Of a stretch of DNA of 64,000 nucleotides, positions 39,629-50,211 are shown in pieces. This DNA comes from Promethearchaeota archaeon. GTDB lineage: Archaea; Asgardarchaeota; Lokiarchaeia; Sigyniarchaeales; SOKP01. The stretch lies in assembly GCA_008080735.1 (NCBI GenBank), contig SHMW01000004.1, positions 32,001 through 96,000 on the forward strand, read 5' to 3'. Position 1 is the first letter of the stretch; every line of letters begins with the position of its first letter. The notes under the pieces were generated by a model. The model was given only the letters and a program-made list of their open reading frames with translations, searched no databases and had not been told where the DNA came from. The position numbers and the translations under genes were made by a program.

Positions 39629-39646
39629 GTAATATCTAATATCATT

Positions 39647-40531
39647 CTAATTGTTCTGATATCTGTATCTATACCTTTTATCTAATGATTTGAGAAGATC
39701 TTTACTATTGTAGGTAATGCTGCCTCCTAATTGTTCAGGAGACAAATTATAAAACTTAACATATCCCCAAATCGTTGTATTTGAAAATAAATAATAGATA
39801 ACACGATCTCTAAAACTCATATCATCAAATTTAGGAGGACTTACAAGTTTTCCATCTTCAGAACTTTTTTGTTCTCGCACACTCTCCGACGTTTTCTTTG
39901 TTTCCAAGAGATGTCTCAAAATACTTAGTTTATTATAAAAAGTAATAATTAATTTACTCTGGAAGGAAGAATATTGACTTTTATGCTTTTCTAATGATTT
40001 CTTAACAATCTTAAAATCTCTCCATTGACATTTAAGATAAAAATGTGTTTTTGTGGAATAATAATAAAACGTTCTTTTGGGCCGAGATACTGGTTTTAGT
40101 TTCTTGAGAGAGAAATACACCAGACGACCTGTATTTAGGTGATCAGCATGAAAATCTTGGGCAAACCAAGGATCTGGAGCAAAAATTATCGCTGGCTTTA
40201 GCTTTTTGATTAGATTCATCACTTTATTCAAAGAGTCTGTATTTAAGGGAAGATGTCCATCTATGTAGTCCATTCTAATAACTTTTACCTTATTTCCTGA
40301 TTCTTTTTCAAAAACTCTATTAGCCTCGTCCAATTCTTTAATCCTAATCTGTTCCAATCGTTTTCCTTTGAGCTTATCATATTCCGTTCCATAGGCATTA
40401 TTTGTCATAACGACCTCTATGACTTTATTCCCTAACCTCAAGCTTTCCAGATACATAAACGGAATCCCAAGCTCAATATCATCCGCATGTGGGGTAAAGA
40501 ACATTACAGTGTATTTTGAAAGATCGCTCAT
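39647..40531 (-). CDS. PIG-L family deacetylase
   Basis: PHADDIELG, IRIKE, HADH, HKSQ. Confidence 0.88.
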   Translation of the reverse strand: MSDLSKYTVMFFTPHADDIELGIPFMYLESLRLGNKVIEVVMTNNAYGTEYDKLKGKRLEQIRIKELDEANRVFEKESGNKVKVIRMDYIDGHLPLNTDSLNKVMNLIKKLKPAIIFAPDPWFAQDFHADHLNTGRLVYFSLKKLKPVSRPKRTFYYYSTKTHFYLKCQWRDFKIVKKSLEKHKSQYSSFQSKLIITFYNKLSILRHLLETKKTSESVREQKSSEDGKLVSPPKFDDMSFRDRVIYYLFSNTTIWGYVKFYNLSPEQLGGSITYNSKDLLKSLDKRYRYRYQNN

Positions 40532-40555
40532 TGATAATAAAATCCCCTCTTTTCT

Positions 40556-41137
40556 CTATTTTCGAAACTTTTTGTAAATTTCATAATAGAATAGGAAAGC
40601 AAGGAAATAATGGACAACTATACTAAAAAGGATTCCGAAGGTAATCAAAATATAGGCATTTAATAAACCCAGCAAAAATGAATATGCTAAGTAAATTAGT
40701 GTTATATCTCTATTATGATGAGAAAACCAAGTATGAATGTGGAAGAATGCGAAGATAATACTCGAAACCAGAATCGTGTAAATGCTCCCAATAAAATGAA
40801 TCAATAACCCAACAATGTAAAACCTGAAAATCAACTCCTCCATTATCATTGTTATTAGAAAAGTGGAGTATAGCGCAAAATAATCGGAGGATATGAAGCT
40901 CTCAATAACTTCCTGAGACTTAAGATTTTCATAGCTAGCTTCCGTAATTTGGTACCTCACTGTTATTTTACTTAAAGTAAAGATCAAGATTATCCCGAAG
41001 ATTACAGTAGAGATGGAAAAAGCATTCATTTTTTGGGGTAAAAGAAACTCGCTACTAAACCCAAAGAATATTGGAGTAATGAGAAACATCACAATTATTA
41101 GCTTGATTATAAATCTAAAATCAATCTCTCTTCTCAT
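40556..41137 (-). CDS. CPBP family intramembrane glutamic endopeptidase (CAAX protease/Abi)
   Basis: EELIFR, FAFFH, VVH motifs within TM helices. Confidence 0.88.
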   Translation of the reverse strand: MRREIDFRFIIKLIIVMFLITPIFFGFSSEFLLPQKMNAFSISTVIFGIILIFTLSKITVRYQITEASYENLKSQEVIESFISSDYFALYSTFLITMIMEELIFRFYIVGLLIHFIGSIYTILVSSIIFAFFHIHTWFSHHNRDITLIYLAYSFLLGLLNAYILITFGILFSIVVHYFLAFLFYYEIYKKFRK

Positions 41138-41220
41138 TCTTACATTTCTCCTTTTATTTTTTCTTAATAATTACATTCAAATTAAGTTTTTTAATTGACT
41201 AGAATATAGAAAGCATACAT

Positions 41221-42261
41221 TTAAAACAGGTGCTGTTCTACTACCTTAGAACCTTGTTCTGCTTGTCTTACTCTTACGAGGTTCCGTTCTGGGATGCCCA
41301 TATCACGAAGCATAGTATGTGCAAGATCTAAATCCTCCATTCTACAAAAACAATGGACATTTGGACCTGCATCAACAGTGAAATAAAATTCAGTTTCTTC
41401 ATTTTTTCTCTTGTTTATAATGGATTTTATAACTGACAAAGTGCCTGGATTCCAATAGAATAATGGAGGCTCCGAGGTCATCATTACGCTGTGCATATAG
41501 AGACAACTTTTTTCTGCAATCTTTCCCACGGTTGGAAAATCGTCATTTAAAATGGCCTTGGTAATTTTTTTCGCTTGTTTTTGGGATTCTGTGATTCTGA
41601 CTGGATTGAAAGCACTCGAGTGTGCATAATTAATTCCCACATCCGATGATACAGCTTTTTCTCCCCGATCAATGACAGCTATCACTGCTGCGATATCAAA
41701 TTCATTGCACGCGCAGATCTGTTCCGCATAGGAGGTTTCATGGGAATCTCCTTTATGCCAGCGGACAAAACCTCCATGTATAGAGCGTGCTGCTGATCCC
41801 GAACCCAATCTTGCGAATGTAGAGAGAACCTTTTGTGATAAATCAAGCTTTAATGCCTTGCTAGTCGCTGTAGTGAGGGCTGCAAAGGCTGATGCGGATG
41901 ATGCTAAACCCGCTGCTGTTGGAAATTTATTCTCACTGACCATCTTAAACTTTAAAACCGTTTGTGCTAATCTTCGTAAAGGGTCAACTACTTTTTTAAT
42001 TCTTTTCATTTGAAATTCATTAAATGGAATTAGATCTGTCTCTGTTTTTAAAAAGCCCTCATCATCTTCATAGTGTTCAGAAAATTCAATTGTCGTATGA
42101 GTTAACAATTCTATATTGGATTTATCGCTGTGAATCGTTTCCTTCGTCATGCTAATACTATCATTTGTCGGGATATTGAGATGAGATGGGAAATTTGGGT
42201 TCCTTCCCCAATATTTAATTAACGCAATATTGGGATGAGTTTGTGCGGAAGCTTTCATCAT
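41221..42261 (-). CDS. mvaD: (di)phosphomevalonate decarboxylase
   Basis: NIALIKYWG, FPTAAGLASSASAFAAL, ARLGSGSAARS, TVDAGPNVH. Confidence 0.9.
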   Translation of the reverse strand: MMKASAQTHPNIALIKYWGRNPNFPSHLNIPTNDSISMTKETIHSDKSNIELLTHTTIEFSEHYEDDEGFLKTETDLIPFNEFQMKRIKKVVDPLRRLAQTVLKFKMVSENKFPTAAGLASSASAFAALTTATSKALKLDLSQKVLSTFARLGSGSAARSIHGGFVRWHKGDSHETSYAEQICACNEFDIAAVIAVIDRGEKAVSSDVGINYAHSSAFNPVRITESQKQAKKITKAILNDDFPTVGKIAEKSCLYMHSVMMTSEPPLFYWNPGTLSVIKSIINKRKNEETEFYFTVDAGPNVHCFCRMEDLDLAHTMLRDMGIPERNLVRVRQAEQGSKVVEQHLF

Positions 42262-42462
42262 ATGATTAATAAATAAACCCCCATAGTTAAATAAAGTTTT
42301 TTCTTTGAGTAAATTGAATTCTTGAAAAAATATAACGAGTTCTCAAAGCTCTAACTCAACGAAAAGTAAAAAATATTTATGCCATAATTGATAATTTTCG
42401 AATAATTGAGTTTTTATATTATATAATCTAATTTCTTAAAAAATAAGAAAATAATAGAAAAT

Positions 42463-43638
42463 ATGACTAAGAAAATGTATTCTTCAGAAATTTCTGGGTT
42501 TTATAAACTCTCGGTTAAAGAGCGTTTAAGCCTTATCCAAGAAAAGTCAGGACTTAATCAGGAAGAATTGAGTGTGCTTAAGAACTTTGGTTATTTCAAA
42601 CCAGAAGAAATGGATTTATTGATTGAAAATGTGGTGGGAAGCTATCAATTACCATATTCTATCGCATGTAATTTTAAAATCAACAATAGAGACTACTTGA
42701 TTCCGATGGTGATCGAGGAACCTTCAGTGGTGGCTGCGGCTTCGAATGTGGCTAGAATGGCAAGAAAGATGGGTGGATTTCATTCTGAAAGCATAGATCA
42801 GGTTATGATAGGACAAATTCAGATTGTCGATATTGAGAATATAAATGAAGCTGTAGAAAAAATCAAAGCAAACAAGGAAAGAATAATACAACGTGCAAAT
42901 GATCAAGATCCTATTCTCATAAAGTTAGGAGGGGGAGTAGTGGATTTAGAGATTAGGACTATTGAAACCATAAAAGGACCGATGATCGTTATTCATCTAC
43001 TGGTAAATGTGTTGGATGCGATGGGAGCTAATGCCGTGAATACGATGGCAGAAGCCGTAGCACCGTATCTTGAGGAATTGAGCAACGGACAGGTCTTTCT
43101 TAGAATAATTTCGAATTTGGCAACCCATAGGATCGCAAAATGTAGAGCTGTTTTTGATAAAGAAATGCTTGGAGGTTCCGATATAGTTGAAGGAATATTA
43201 TACGCCTATGCATTTGCTAAGGCAGATCCATATCGAGCAACGACGCATAATAAGGGCATCATGAATGGGATTATCGCTCTCACACTGGCGACGGGAAATG
43301 ATACACGAGCAATAGAAGCAGGAGCACATGCCTATGCTGCGTTAGGCGGATATTCTCCCTTAAGCAAATTTGATATAGACGAGCATGGAAATTTAATCGG
43401 GGAGTTAGAACTTCCGCTTGCCTTGGGAATTATCGGTGGATTAACAAAAACGCACCCGCTTGCGAGAATTTCGTTAAAAATACTTGGTATCGATACTGCA
43501 GAAGAATTAGCACAAGTGGCAGTAGCTCTTGGACTCTGCCAGAATGTGGCGGCACTCCGCGCTCTGGCTTCAGAAGGAATTCAAGCTGGACACATGAAAT
43601 TACATAAGAGAAAGGAAATGAAAAGAAAATCTATTTAA
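42463..43638 (+). CDS. mvaA: hydroxymethylglutaryl-CoA reductase, class II
   Basis: ENVVG, EEPSVVAAAS, DAMGANAVN, RATTHNKGIMNG, GNDTRAIEAGAH, EGIQAGHMKLH. Confidence 0.93.
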   Translation: MTKKMYSSEISGFYKLSVKERLSLIQEKSGLNQEELSVLKNFGYFKPEEMDLLIENVVGSYQLPYSIACNFKINNRDYLIPMVIEEPSVVAAASNVARMARKMGGFHSESIDQVMIGQIQIVDIENINEAVEKIKANKERIIQRANDQDPILIKLGGGVVDLEIRTIETIKGPMIVIHLLVNVLDAMGANAVNTMAEAVAPYLEELSNGQVFLRIISNLATHRIAKCRAVFDKEMLGGSDIVEGILYAYAFAKADPYRATTHNKGIMNGIIALTLATGNDTRAIEAGAHAYAALGGYSPLSKFDIDEHGNLIGELELPLALGIIGGLTKTHPLARISLKILGIDTAEELAQVAVALGLCQNVAALRALASEGIQAGHMKLHKRKEMKRKSI

Positions 43639-43645
43639 ATTTAAT

Positions 43646-45148
43646 TTACACTAATTTATTTTTTACATCTTCCACTATTTTCTCATAAGCGAGTTGGGCA
43701 GAGATAATCGAGACCGGAACTCCTACACCAGGGTGGGAATACATTCCCGCATAGTATAGGTTATTAACCTTTTCGCTTTTGTGTTTTGGCCGAAATATGG
43801 CAGTTTGCCGCAAAGTATGTGCTAAACTGAGAGCAGTTCCTTTATATGCATTGAAAGTATCTTTAAAATGCTCATGTGCGACAATTCTCTTCACAACAAT
43901 CGAGTCTTTGAAAGACTCTCCAGCGATAGTTTCCACTTTCTCAATAATTTTATCAAAATACTCTTCCCGGAATGATTCCTCATCTTCAAGATCTGGTGAA
44001 ACTAAAACCAAAATTGTCATAAGCTCTCCGCCAGGAGGTATAAGAGAGGGATCCGATTGTGAGGGAACCGTGATATAAATTGAGGGATCTTCTGGCCATT
44101 CAGGGTTTTCGAAAAGTTGATTGAAATATTTATCCCAATCTGAATTGAAATAGAAATTATGATGAAGAAAATTGTTTAATTTTTTATTAAGGCCAAGATA
44201 AACCAAATAAGAAGAGGGTGCTATCATTTTCTTTTTCCAATATTTTTCATCATAAGTTCGATATTTTTTATCTAACAGTTTTATTTCTCCATGATGATAA
44301 TCTCCGGTGTTCAAAATAATGTCAGCGTCAAATTTTCCATTGTTTGTTATGATCTTTTTGGCATTATCATCTTCAACAATTATGTCGGTGACTTCAGTAT
44401 TAAATTTAATTTGCACCCCTTCTTCTAATCCCAATTTCATAATAGCATCTACAATAGCTCCAAATCCCCCCTTAGGATACCAAATTCCCAAATTCATATC
44501 AACATGAGCAAGCATTGAATAAACTGCTGGGCTGGTTGGGGGCGAAGCTCCAACAAACGCGACGTGATACGACACAATCTTTTTTGCTTTTTGCGTATCA
44601 AAAAATTTATCTACATATTTATTCAATTTTGTAAAAATTTTTAGCTTCATTCCATCCACGATAAGAGTTCTATCCAGAAGATCTCGAACATTCCAATAGT
44701 CTCTATACAAAAAATTCTCAAAAGCAATATCATACATTTTTTGCGAACGTGCTAAGAAACGTTTTAATTTTTCTCCCCCATTTTCTTCAAAAGTATCAAA
44801 TAAATCGATGTTTTTATTGACATCATCCATTATATCATATGATTCATTCTCACCGAAAAAGACTCTATAAGAAGGATCTAGTCGTATAGTTTCGTAGTAA
44901 TCTTCTGGTTTTTTTCCAAATTGTTCAAATAATTTCTCAAAAGCCTCTATCATCATATACCACGATGGACCCATATCAAAAGAATAACCCTTTTCTTTCC
45001 ATACCATAGCACGGCCCCCAGGTCTGTCATTCTTCTCCAGTATGGTTACATCAAACCCCTCCTTAGCCAAAAGAGCTGCTGAAGATAACCCTGAAAAACC
45101 TGCCCCAATTACAAATACTTTTCTTCCATTATTTACTTTCATTATCAT
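43646..45148 (-). CDS. crtI: phytoene desaturase family
   Basis: IGAGFSGL, FDMGPSWY, WYPKGG, LAHTLRQTAIFRP, HPGVGVP. Confidence 0.9.
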   Translation of the reverse strand: MIMKVNNGRKVFVIGAGFSGLSSAALLAKEGFDVTILEKNDRPGGRAMVWKEKGYSFDMGPSWYMMIEAFEKLFEQFGKKPEDYYETIRLDPSYRVFFGENESYDIMDDVNKNIDLFDTFEENGGEKLKRFLARSQKMYDIAFENFLYRDYWNVRDLLDRTLIVDGMKLKIFTKLNKYVDKFFDTQKAKKIVSYHVAFVGASPPTSPAVYSMLAHVDMNLGIWYPKGGFGAIVDAIMKLGLEEGVQIKFNTEVTDIIVEDDNAKKIITNNGKFDADIILNTGDYHHGEIKLLDKKYRTYDEKYWKKKMIAPSSYLVYLGLNKKLNNFLHHNFYFNSDWDKYFNQLFENPEWPEDPSIYITVPSQSDPSLIPPGGELMTILVLVSPDLEDEESFREEYFDKIIEKVETIAGESFKDSIVVKRIVAHEHFKDTFNAYKGTALSLAHTLRQTAIFRPKHKSEKVNNLYYAGMYSHPGVGVPVSIISAQLAYEKIVEDVKNKLV

Positions 45149-45149
45149 C

Positions 45150-45992
45150 TCACCTTACTATAAATGTATTTTTTAAAATAGTTGAAAATATCTTAATTTT
45201 AGAAGGTTTAACCTTTTTTTCGTAAATGATGAATGGATTATCTCTAATCTTTAATGCTGTCCAATTATACATATCTGACGCAGTTTTTATTGGGATTAAA
45301 TATCTTTTTGGAATAAATTTAAATCCGCTCTCTGCTTGGTTTTGCCATTTGAAATATAAGTTAATTTGAGTATTAATAAAGTCTTGAAATTCCTTTCTTT
45401 TTTTCATTACTTCTTCTTTCTCTAATGATTCCAAATTAAAGTCAAATAAGGGGAGATAACGCCTCCCAAATCTGATATCCTCTTTAACATCTCTGATAAA
45501 ATTAATATATTGCATCGCTCTTCCTAGCCTTTCCGCCGCAAAGTAAGATTCCTCTGGCAGATCTAAAATTTTCGCCATAAATAACCCAATTACTTCTGCA
45601 GATCCATGGATGTATTCAAGTGTTTCTTCTAATGTATTATAATTTTTTTTTGTGAGATCCAGCTCCATTGCATATAGAAAATCATCAACCCATTCAGGTT
45701 TAAAATCTTTCCTTCTCATCAAATCTACGAATGAATTAATTACAATATCATCAACAGTCTCTCCAGCAAGTGCTTTTCTATAACGCTTACAAAAATCCAA
45801 GAAATCCTCTTTTTTTTGCGGTACAACATCAACGAAATCGTCGGCTACCCTTACAAATCCATATAGAATAAAAACATCTTTTCTCACTGATTTCGGGAAG
45901 AAAATACTACTATTAAAATAGGTTTTAGAACCACGTTTAAATATTTCTCTAAATAGTTCTTCATTTTGATTTTCTAAATCCGAACTCACCAT
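45150..45992 (-). CDS. crtB: phytoene synthase
   Basis: GSKTYF, YGFVRVADDFVD, GSAEVIG, LGRAMQYINFIRDVKED..GRRYLP; adjacent to crtI. Confidence 0.9.
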   Translation of the reverse strand: MVSSDLENQNEELFREIFKRGSKTYFNSSIFFPKSVRKDVFILYGFVRVADDFVDVVPQKKEDFLDFCKRYRKALAGETVDDIVINSFVDLMRRKDFKPEWVDDFLYAMELDLTKKNYNTLEETLEYIHGSAEVIGLFMAKILDLPEESYFAAERLGRAMQYINFIRDVKEDIRFGRRYLPLFDFNLESLEKEEVMKKRKEFQDFINTQINLYFKWQNQAESGFKFIPKRYLIPIKTASDMYNWTALKIRDNPFIIYEKKVKPSKIKIFSTILKNTFIVR

Positions 45993-46376
45993 CTTACTTT
46001 AAGATTGGTTTAGTGATTTTTTATATTTTGTCTTTTGAAATATAAATTATAGCATCTCCAGAGAGTATAAAATAATTATGGGATGAAGATTCATGTTATA
46101 TGAATATGAATTTAAAAACCGTACTTATTCTCGATTAACAAGATATCATTGATATTTTGATTATAATGTAAGAATTCTCATCATATGACTTATACAGCGA
46201 TATTATAAATTCTATAAACTCAAGTGAATAAAATTGCTTGATAAAATTGAATAAAACCGAAAAGATCTGTATCTTAGCATTCCAAAATAATAGACTTTCC
46301 GAAAAGAGAAGAATTGAATGCAAATATTTTATAAAGTAAAATTTTATTTTTTTCCTAATTCTATTTTCCAATTGAT

Positions 46377-46889
46377 ATGGTTAATCCTTTAGATTATTTG
46401 CCATTTCCCTATGCAATAATAACATCCATCATGATTGTGGTTTTTATGACCTTCTTTATGGAATTTGTGGCATGGTCTCTTCATAGATATATCATGCATG
46501 GGATTGGATGGTATCTCCATGAAGATCATCATAGATATACAAAAAAAATGTTTCAAAAAAATGATCTCTTTGCGGTCTTTTTCAGCTTAATATCATTCCT
46601 ATCTATATTTTTCGGCTCTCTTTCCTATGATATTCTCTTTTGGATCGGGATAGGAGTTGCCATGTATGGATTAGGATACTTTATCTTCCACGATGTTCTA
46701 TTCCATAAGAGAATTAGAAATCATTATAGACCAAAAAGTAAGTATATGAAGAGAATATTCACCTCGCATTCATTTCACCATCAAACCACTAATAGGAAGG
46801 GATCAGACGGTTACGCATATGGATTTCTTTATTCAAGTAAAAAATATATGGATATGGCAAGTGAACTAAAAAATAAAAGAATTAAATAA
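46377..46889 (+). CDS. crtZ: beta-carotene hydroxylase
   Basis: MEFVAWSLHRYIMHG.GWYLHEDHH, KNDLFA, FHDVLFHKR, HSFHH, YGFL. Confidence 0.88.
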   Translation: MVNPLDYLPFPYAIITSIMIVVFMTFFMEFVAWSLHRYIMHGIGWYLHEDHHRYTKKMFQKNDLFAVFFSLISFLSIFFGSLSYDILFWIGIGVAMYGLGYFIFHDVLFHKRIRNHYRPKSKYMKRIFTSHSFHHQTTNRKGSDGYAYGFLYSSKKYMDMASELKNKRIK

Positions 46890-46918
46890 TAAAAATAATA
46901 ATTATATCTGATAAGAAT

Positions 46919-48538
46919 ATGACAAACTCGAAAGATGATTTTTTCTTTAATGTAGGCATCGATTCGATGAGTTTCTATACACCAAAATATTATGTCGATC
47001 TGAAAGACTTAGCTGAGATAAGGGGTATAGATCCAAACAAATATTTGAAAGGATTGTTAACAAAAGAAATGCGAATACCGGGTCCCGGGGAAGATATTGT
47101 AAGTATGGCCGTAAAAGCTGGGCATCATGCGTTAATGAAAGGGAATATTGATCCAAGCGAGATCGATGCTATTTTTTTGGGAACAGAAACAATGACTTAT
47201 GCTGTAAAATCGGTTTCCAATATACTTTCTGAAGTTCTTGGAACTTCGGTAAATTGTGTAACTCAGGATGTCTATAACGCATGCGCAGGGGCAACTCTCG
47301 CAGTTTTAAACGCAATAGGACTAGTTGAAAATGGAATAATCAATAAAGCAATGGTTATAGGTGCTGATATTTGCAGTTATAAGTTGCAGAGCCCTGGGGA
47401 ACCAACCCAAGGAGCAGCAGCTGCGGCCTTAATCATTAGTAAGAATCCTCGTATTGCAGCTTTCGGAAAAAAATTCGGAAAATTATCTGCTAACGTATTC
47501 GATTTTTATAGAATGCCTTATGAAGAATATCCTGTTGTTTTTGGGCATTATTCAATAGATTCATATCTTAGATTTCAATTAGGAGCGTTTGATGAATTTT
47601 TCCAAAATTCACAAAATATATTACCTGATTATCTTGTGTTCCATTCACCATTCGCAAAATTACCGATGAAAAATATCCAAAACCTTCTAAAACAAAGATG
47701 GTCCACAATGAAAGAGATATTGCTTAATAAGACCGTAAATAAAACAAATTCGGTGGGAATTCAAGAGGAGTCATTTGAATATTTAGAAAGTTTGGTTGAA
47801 GATATCATTGAGGAAGTAAAAGAAGAAGAAAATGTTGATGATATAGAAGGTATTAAAGTTAATTTAATAGAAAGTCTTAGACAGAGATTTCTTCCTGCGC
47901 TTAATGTCCCAATGTCTATAGGAAACATGTATTCTGCTTCGGTATGGGGTCAATTGATTTATATGTTGGAAAGTGTTGTAGATGCGAATGATTTGATCTA
48001 TTTTGGTTCTTATGGCTCTGGGGCAACCTGCATTTCTGGAATGCTAAAAGTAATGACAGGATTCAAAGAAATTGTGCAACAGACACCCAAGGTAGACAGT
48101 TTTATCGGTAAAAAAAAGAAAATATCAATCAAAAAGTATGAAGATTTGAGAAATAAAATAGATACTCAAAAAGCTTATTATGCGAAGATTGAGCCGCATC
48201 CCTCCAACGCAAACTTTTTCATTAAAATGAATATCTGTGAGGGGGGATGTTTAGTATCAAAATTAGACGGTCTTGATTATTGTCCAGATGGAAAAAACAA
48301 GACATATGTAAAAAATCTTCCGATGTATGCGGTTGTGAGCTCTGATCCTATAGAAAAAGTTGGAGATGACGATTTATTGGATGAGTCTATCGTTAAGGTA
48401 TTTCCAAATACGAAAAAAGGAGCGCTCGTTGAATATACCTTGCTTAGAGCTGGAAAAAACGATTCGTTAGCTTGCTCTCAGAGCGGATATATAAATTGGA
48501 TTCCCACTTACAAACAAGTTCCTTATCCACTTGTTTAA
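46919..48538 (+). CDS. hydroxymethylglutaryl-CoA synthase with C-terminal extension
   Basis: GTET, NACAGAT, GEPTQGAAAAA, FHSPF, GNMYSAS, SYGSG. Confidence 0.9.
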   Translation: MTNSKDDFFFNVGIDSMSFYTPKYYVDLKDLAEIRGIDPNKYLKGLLTKEMRIPGPGEDIVSMAVKAGHHALMKGNIDPSEIDAIFLGTETMTYAVKSVSNILSEVLGTSVNCVTQDVYNACAGATLAVLNAIGLVENGIINKAMVIGADICSYKLQSPGEPTQGAAAAALIISKNPRIAAFGKKFGKLSANVFDFYRMPYEEYPVVFGHYSIDSYLRFQLGAFDEFFQNSQNILPDYLVFHSPFAKLPMKNIQNLLKQRWSTMKEILLNKTVNKTNSVGIQEESFEYLESLVEDIIEEVKEEENVDDIEGIKVNLIESLRQRFLPALNVPMSIGNMYSASVWGQLIYMLESVVDANDLIYFGSYGSGATCISGMLKVMTGFKEIVQQTPKVDSFIGKKKKISIKKYEDLRNKIDTQKAYYAKIEPHPSNANFFIKMNICEGGCLVSKLDGLDYCPDGKNKTYVKNLPMYAVVSSDPIEKVGDDDLLDESIVKVFPNTKKGALVEYTLLRAGKNDSLACSQSGYINWIPTYKQVPYPLV

Positions 48539-48613
48539 GATTTTTTTTTATTTCGATATCTTGAGAATTAAGATAAGGATTTTTTTCTACTTGATAAAAC
48601 AATACTATTGAAG

Positions 48614-49708
48614 CTAAAATGCTATTTTTCTCTGAATTAGCCATTCTTTTAGTTTAGAAGTGATAATAATTGGAACTCTTTTCAAATCGTCTATATTTTT
48701 GCACCCTGTTAATAGCATCGTGATTTCCAATTCTTTGAAAGTTTTTTCTATAAATTGTTCAATTTCACTCTGTCCTTGTAGTGCGACCATAAGAAAAGGT
48801 CTTGCTAAAGCAGTAAAATGAGCGCCGATTCTTAATGCTTTTGCAACATCAATTCCGTCTCTAATGCCCCCACTTCCGATTATTTCCATCCTTGGATTAT
48901 TCTTTGCTACCGAACTTACCTCAAATATGCTCGCGGCGGTAGGAATTCCCCAATCCCAAAATAATTTCCCTAATTCTTGTTTTAACTTCATATTCTCTTT
49001 TTTTGCTCGATAATATTCCACAGCAACCCAACTGGTACCTCCTATACCCGATACATCGATAATATTTATTCCGATTTCACCCAACTGGGATGCGATTTCT
49101 TTTGAAATTCCGCAACCCGTCTCTTTAATTACTATGGGAATGTCTATCTGCTCTTTTAAAAGCTTCAATTTTTCAAGCACTCCAGAAAAAGTTTTATCTC
49201 CCTCGGGTTGTATTAGTTCCTGAATAACATTGAGGTGTATCGCTAAAGCGTCTGCATTAATATTTTCAACAATTTCATTTACATAATCAAAACTTTCGGA
49301 ACTAGCTATTTGTGCTATTCCTAAATTTCCAATTATGGGAATATCAGGTGCTGATTCTCTAACCGCAGAAAAGGTATCCTTAGTTTCTGGATGTCGAAGT
49401 ATTACTCTTTGACTTCCCACCATCATTGGAATCTGATACTTTTGTGCAGCTTTAGCTAGTGATACATTTAACTTTTTGGTAAGTTCCGTTCCACCGGTCA
49501 TCGCTCCTATGAACACCGGAGCTGAAATTTGTTTACCTAAAAACTCACACGCTAAATCTATATCATCTAAACTTAATTCTGGTATTGGTTTGTGCACAAA
49601 TCTGATATGTTCAAACCAAGTCGTTTCATGACTTTCTACATCTTCGGTGCTTACGAGATAAATATGTTCGTCTTTTCTGTTTTTAATTGGGATTTTCGAT
49701 ATGTCCAT
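48614..49708 (-). CDS. fni: type 2 isopentenyl-diphosphate isomerase
   Basis: RKDEHI, AMTGG, VGSQR, HLNVIQELIQPEGD, KETGCG, GGTSW, SGGIRDG. Confidence 0.95.
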   Translation of the reverse strand: MDISKIPIKNRKDEHIYLVSTEDVESHETTWFEHIRFVHKPIPELSLDDIDLACEFLGKQISAPVFIGAMTGGTELTKKLNVSLAKAAQKYQIPMMVGSQRVILRHPETKDTFSAVRESAPDIPIIGNLGIAQIASSESFDYVNEIVENINADALAIHLNVIQELIQPEGDKTFSGVLEKLKLLKEQIDIPIVIKETGCGISKEIASQLGEIGINIIDVSGIGGTSWVAVEYYRAKKENMKLKQELGKLFWDWGIPTAASIFEVSSVAKNNPRMEIIGSGGIRDGIDVAKALRIGAHFTALARPFLMVALQGQSEIEQFIEKTFKELEITMLLTGCKNIDDLKRVPIIITSKLKEWLIQRKIAF

Positions 49709-50211
49709 AAGTACACCTAGTCTGTCACAATTAAATAATTAAAGCATATTTTAAGAAATCTTAAACATTTGATCTTTTTTAAGAATTTTCTTTATGAAAT
49801 ATGAAAAAATGAATATTTTGTTTTTAATCTCATTAATCACAGCATCATATTAAATATCGTACCTAAAATGTCTCAGCAACACGATAATTGATATTAAATT
49901 TATTTGACATTATAGTAAAGAAATTACTTTTCTGAATCAAATTATTTGCTTAAGCTTAAATAGAACTTATATTATCTATAAAATATAAAAATTGGACCAC
50001 GACCATTGATTTTAAGTTTCTAAGACTGAAAATATTTCCAGATGATTATATTAGGATTTAAATATACAAGATAATCTTTCGCAAATCTATCAGTTTGACA
50101 AGATAATCAAAAATCCTTTATTTTCTTCAAGGTTAATATTTTATGTTTTGGAGACTCTTGGAAGTGACTTATTTTAATATTTATAAGAAAAATAACAGAG
50201 GTTAAAAAAGA

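Noticed and set aside
48914-48926. TTACCTCAA within fni
   Set aside because: On the non-coding strand and lacks a stem.
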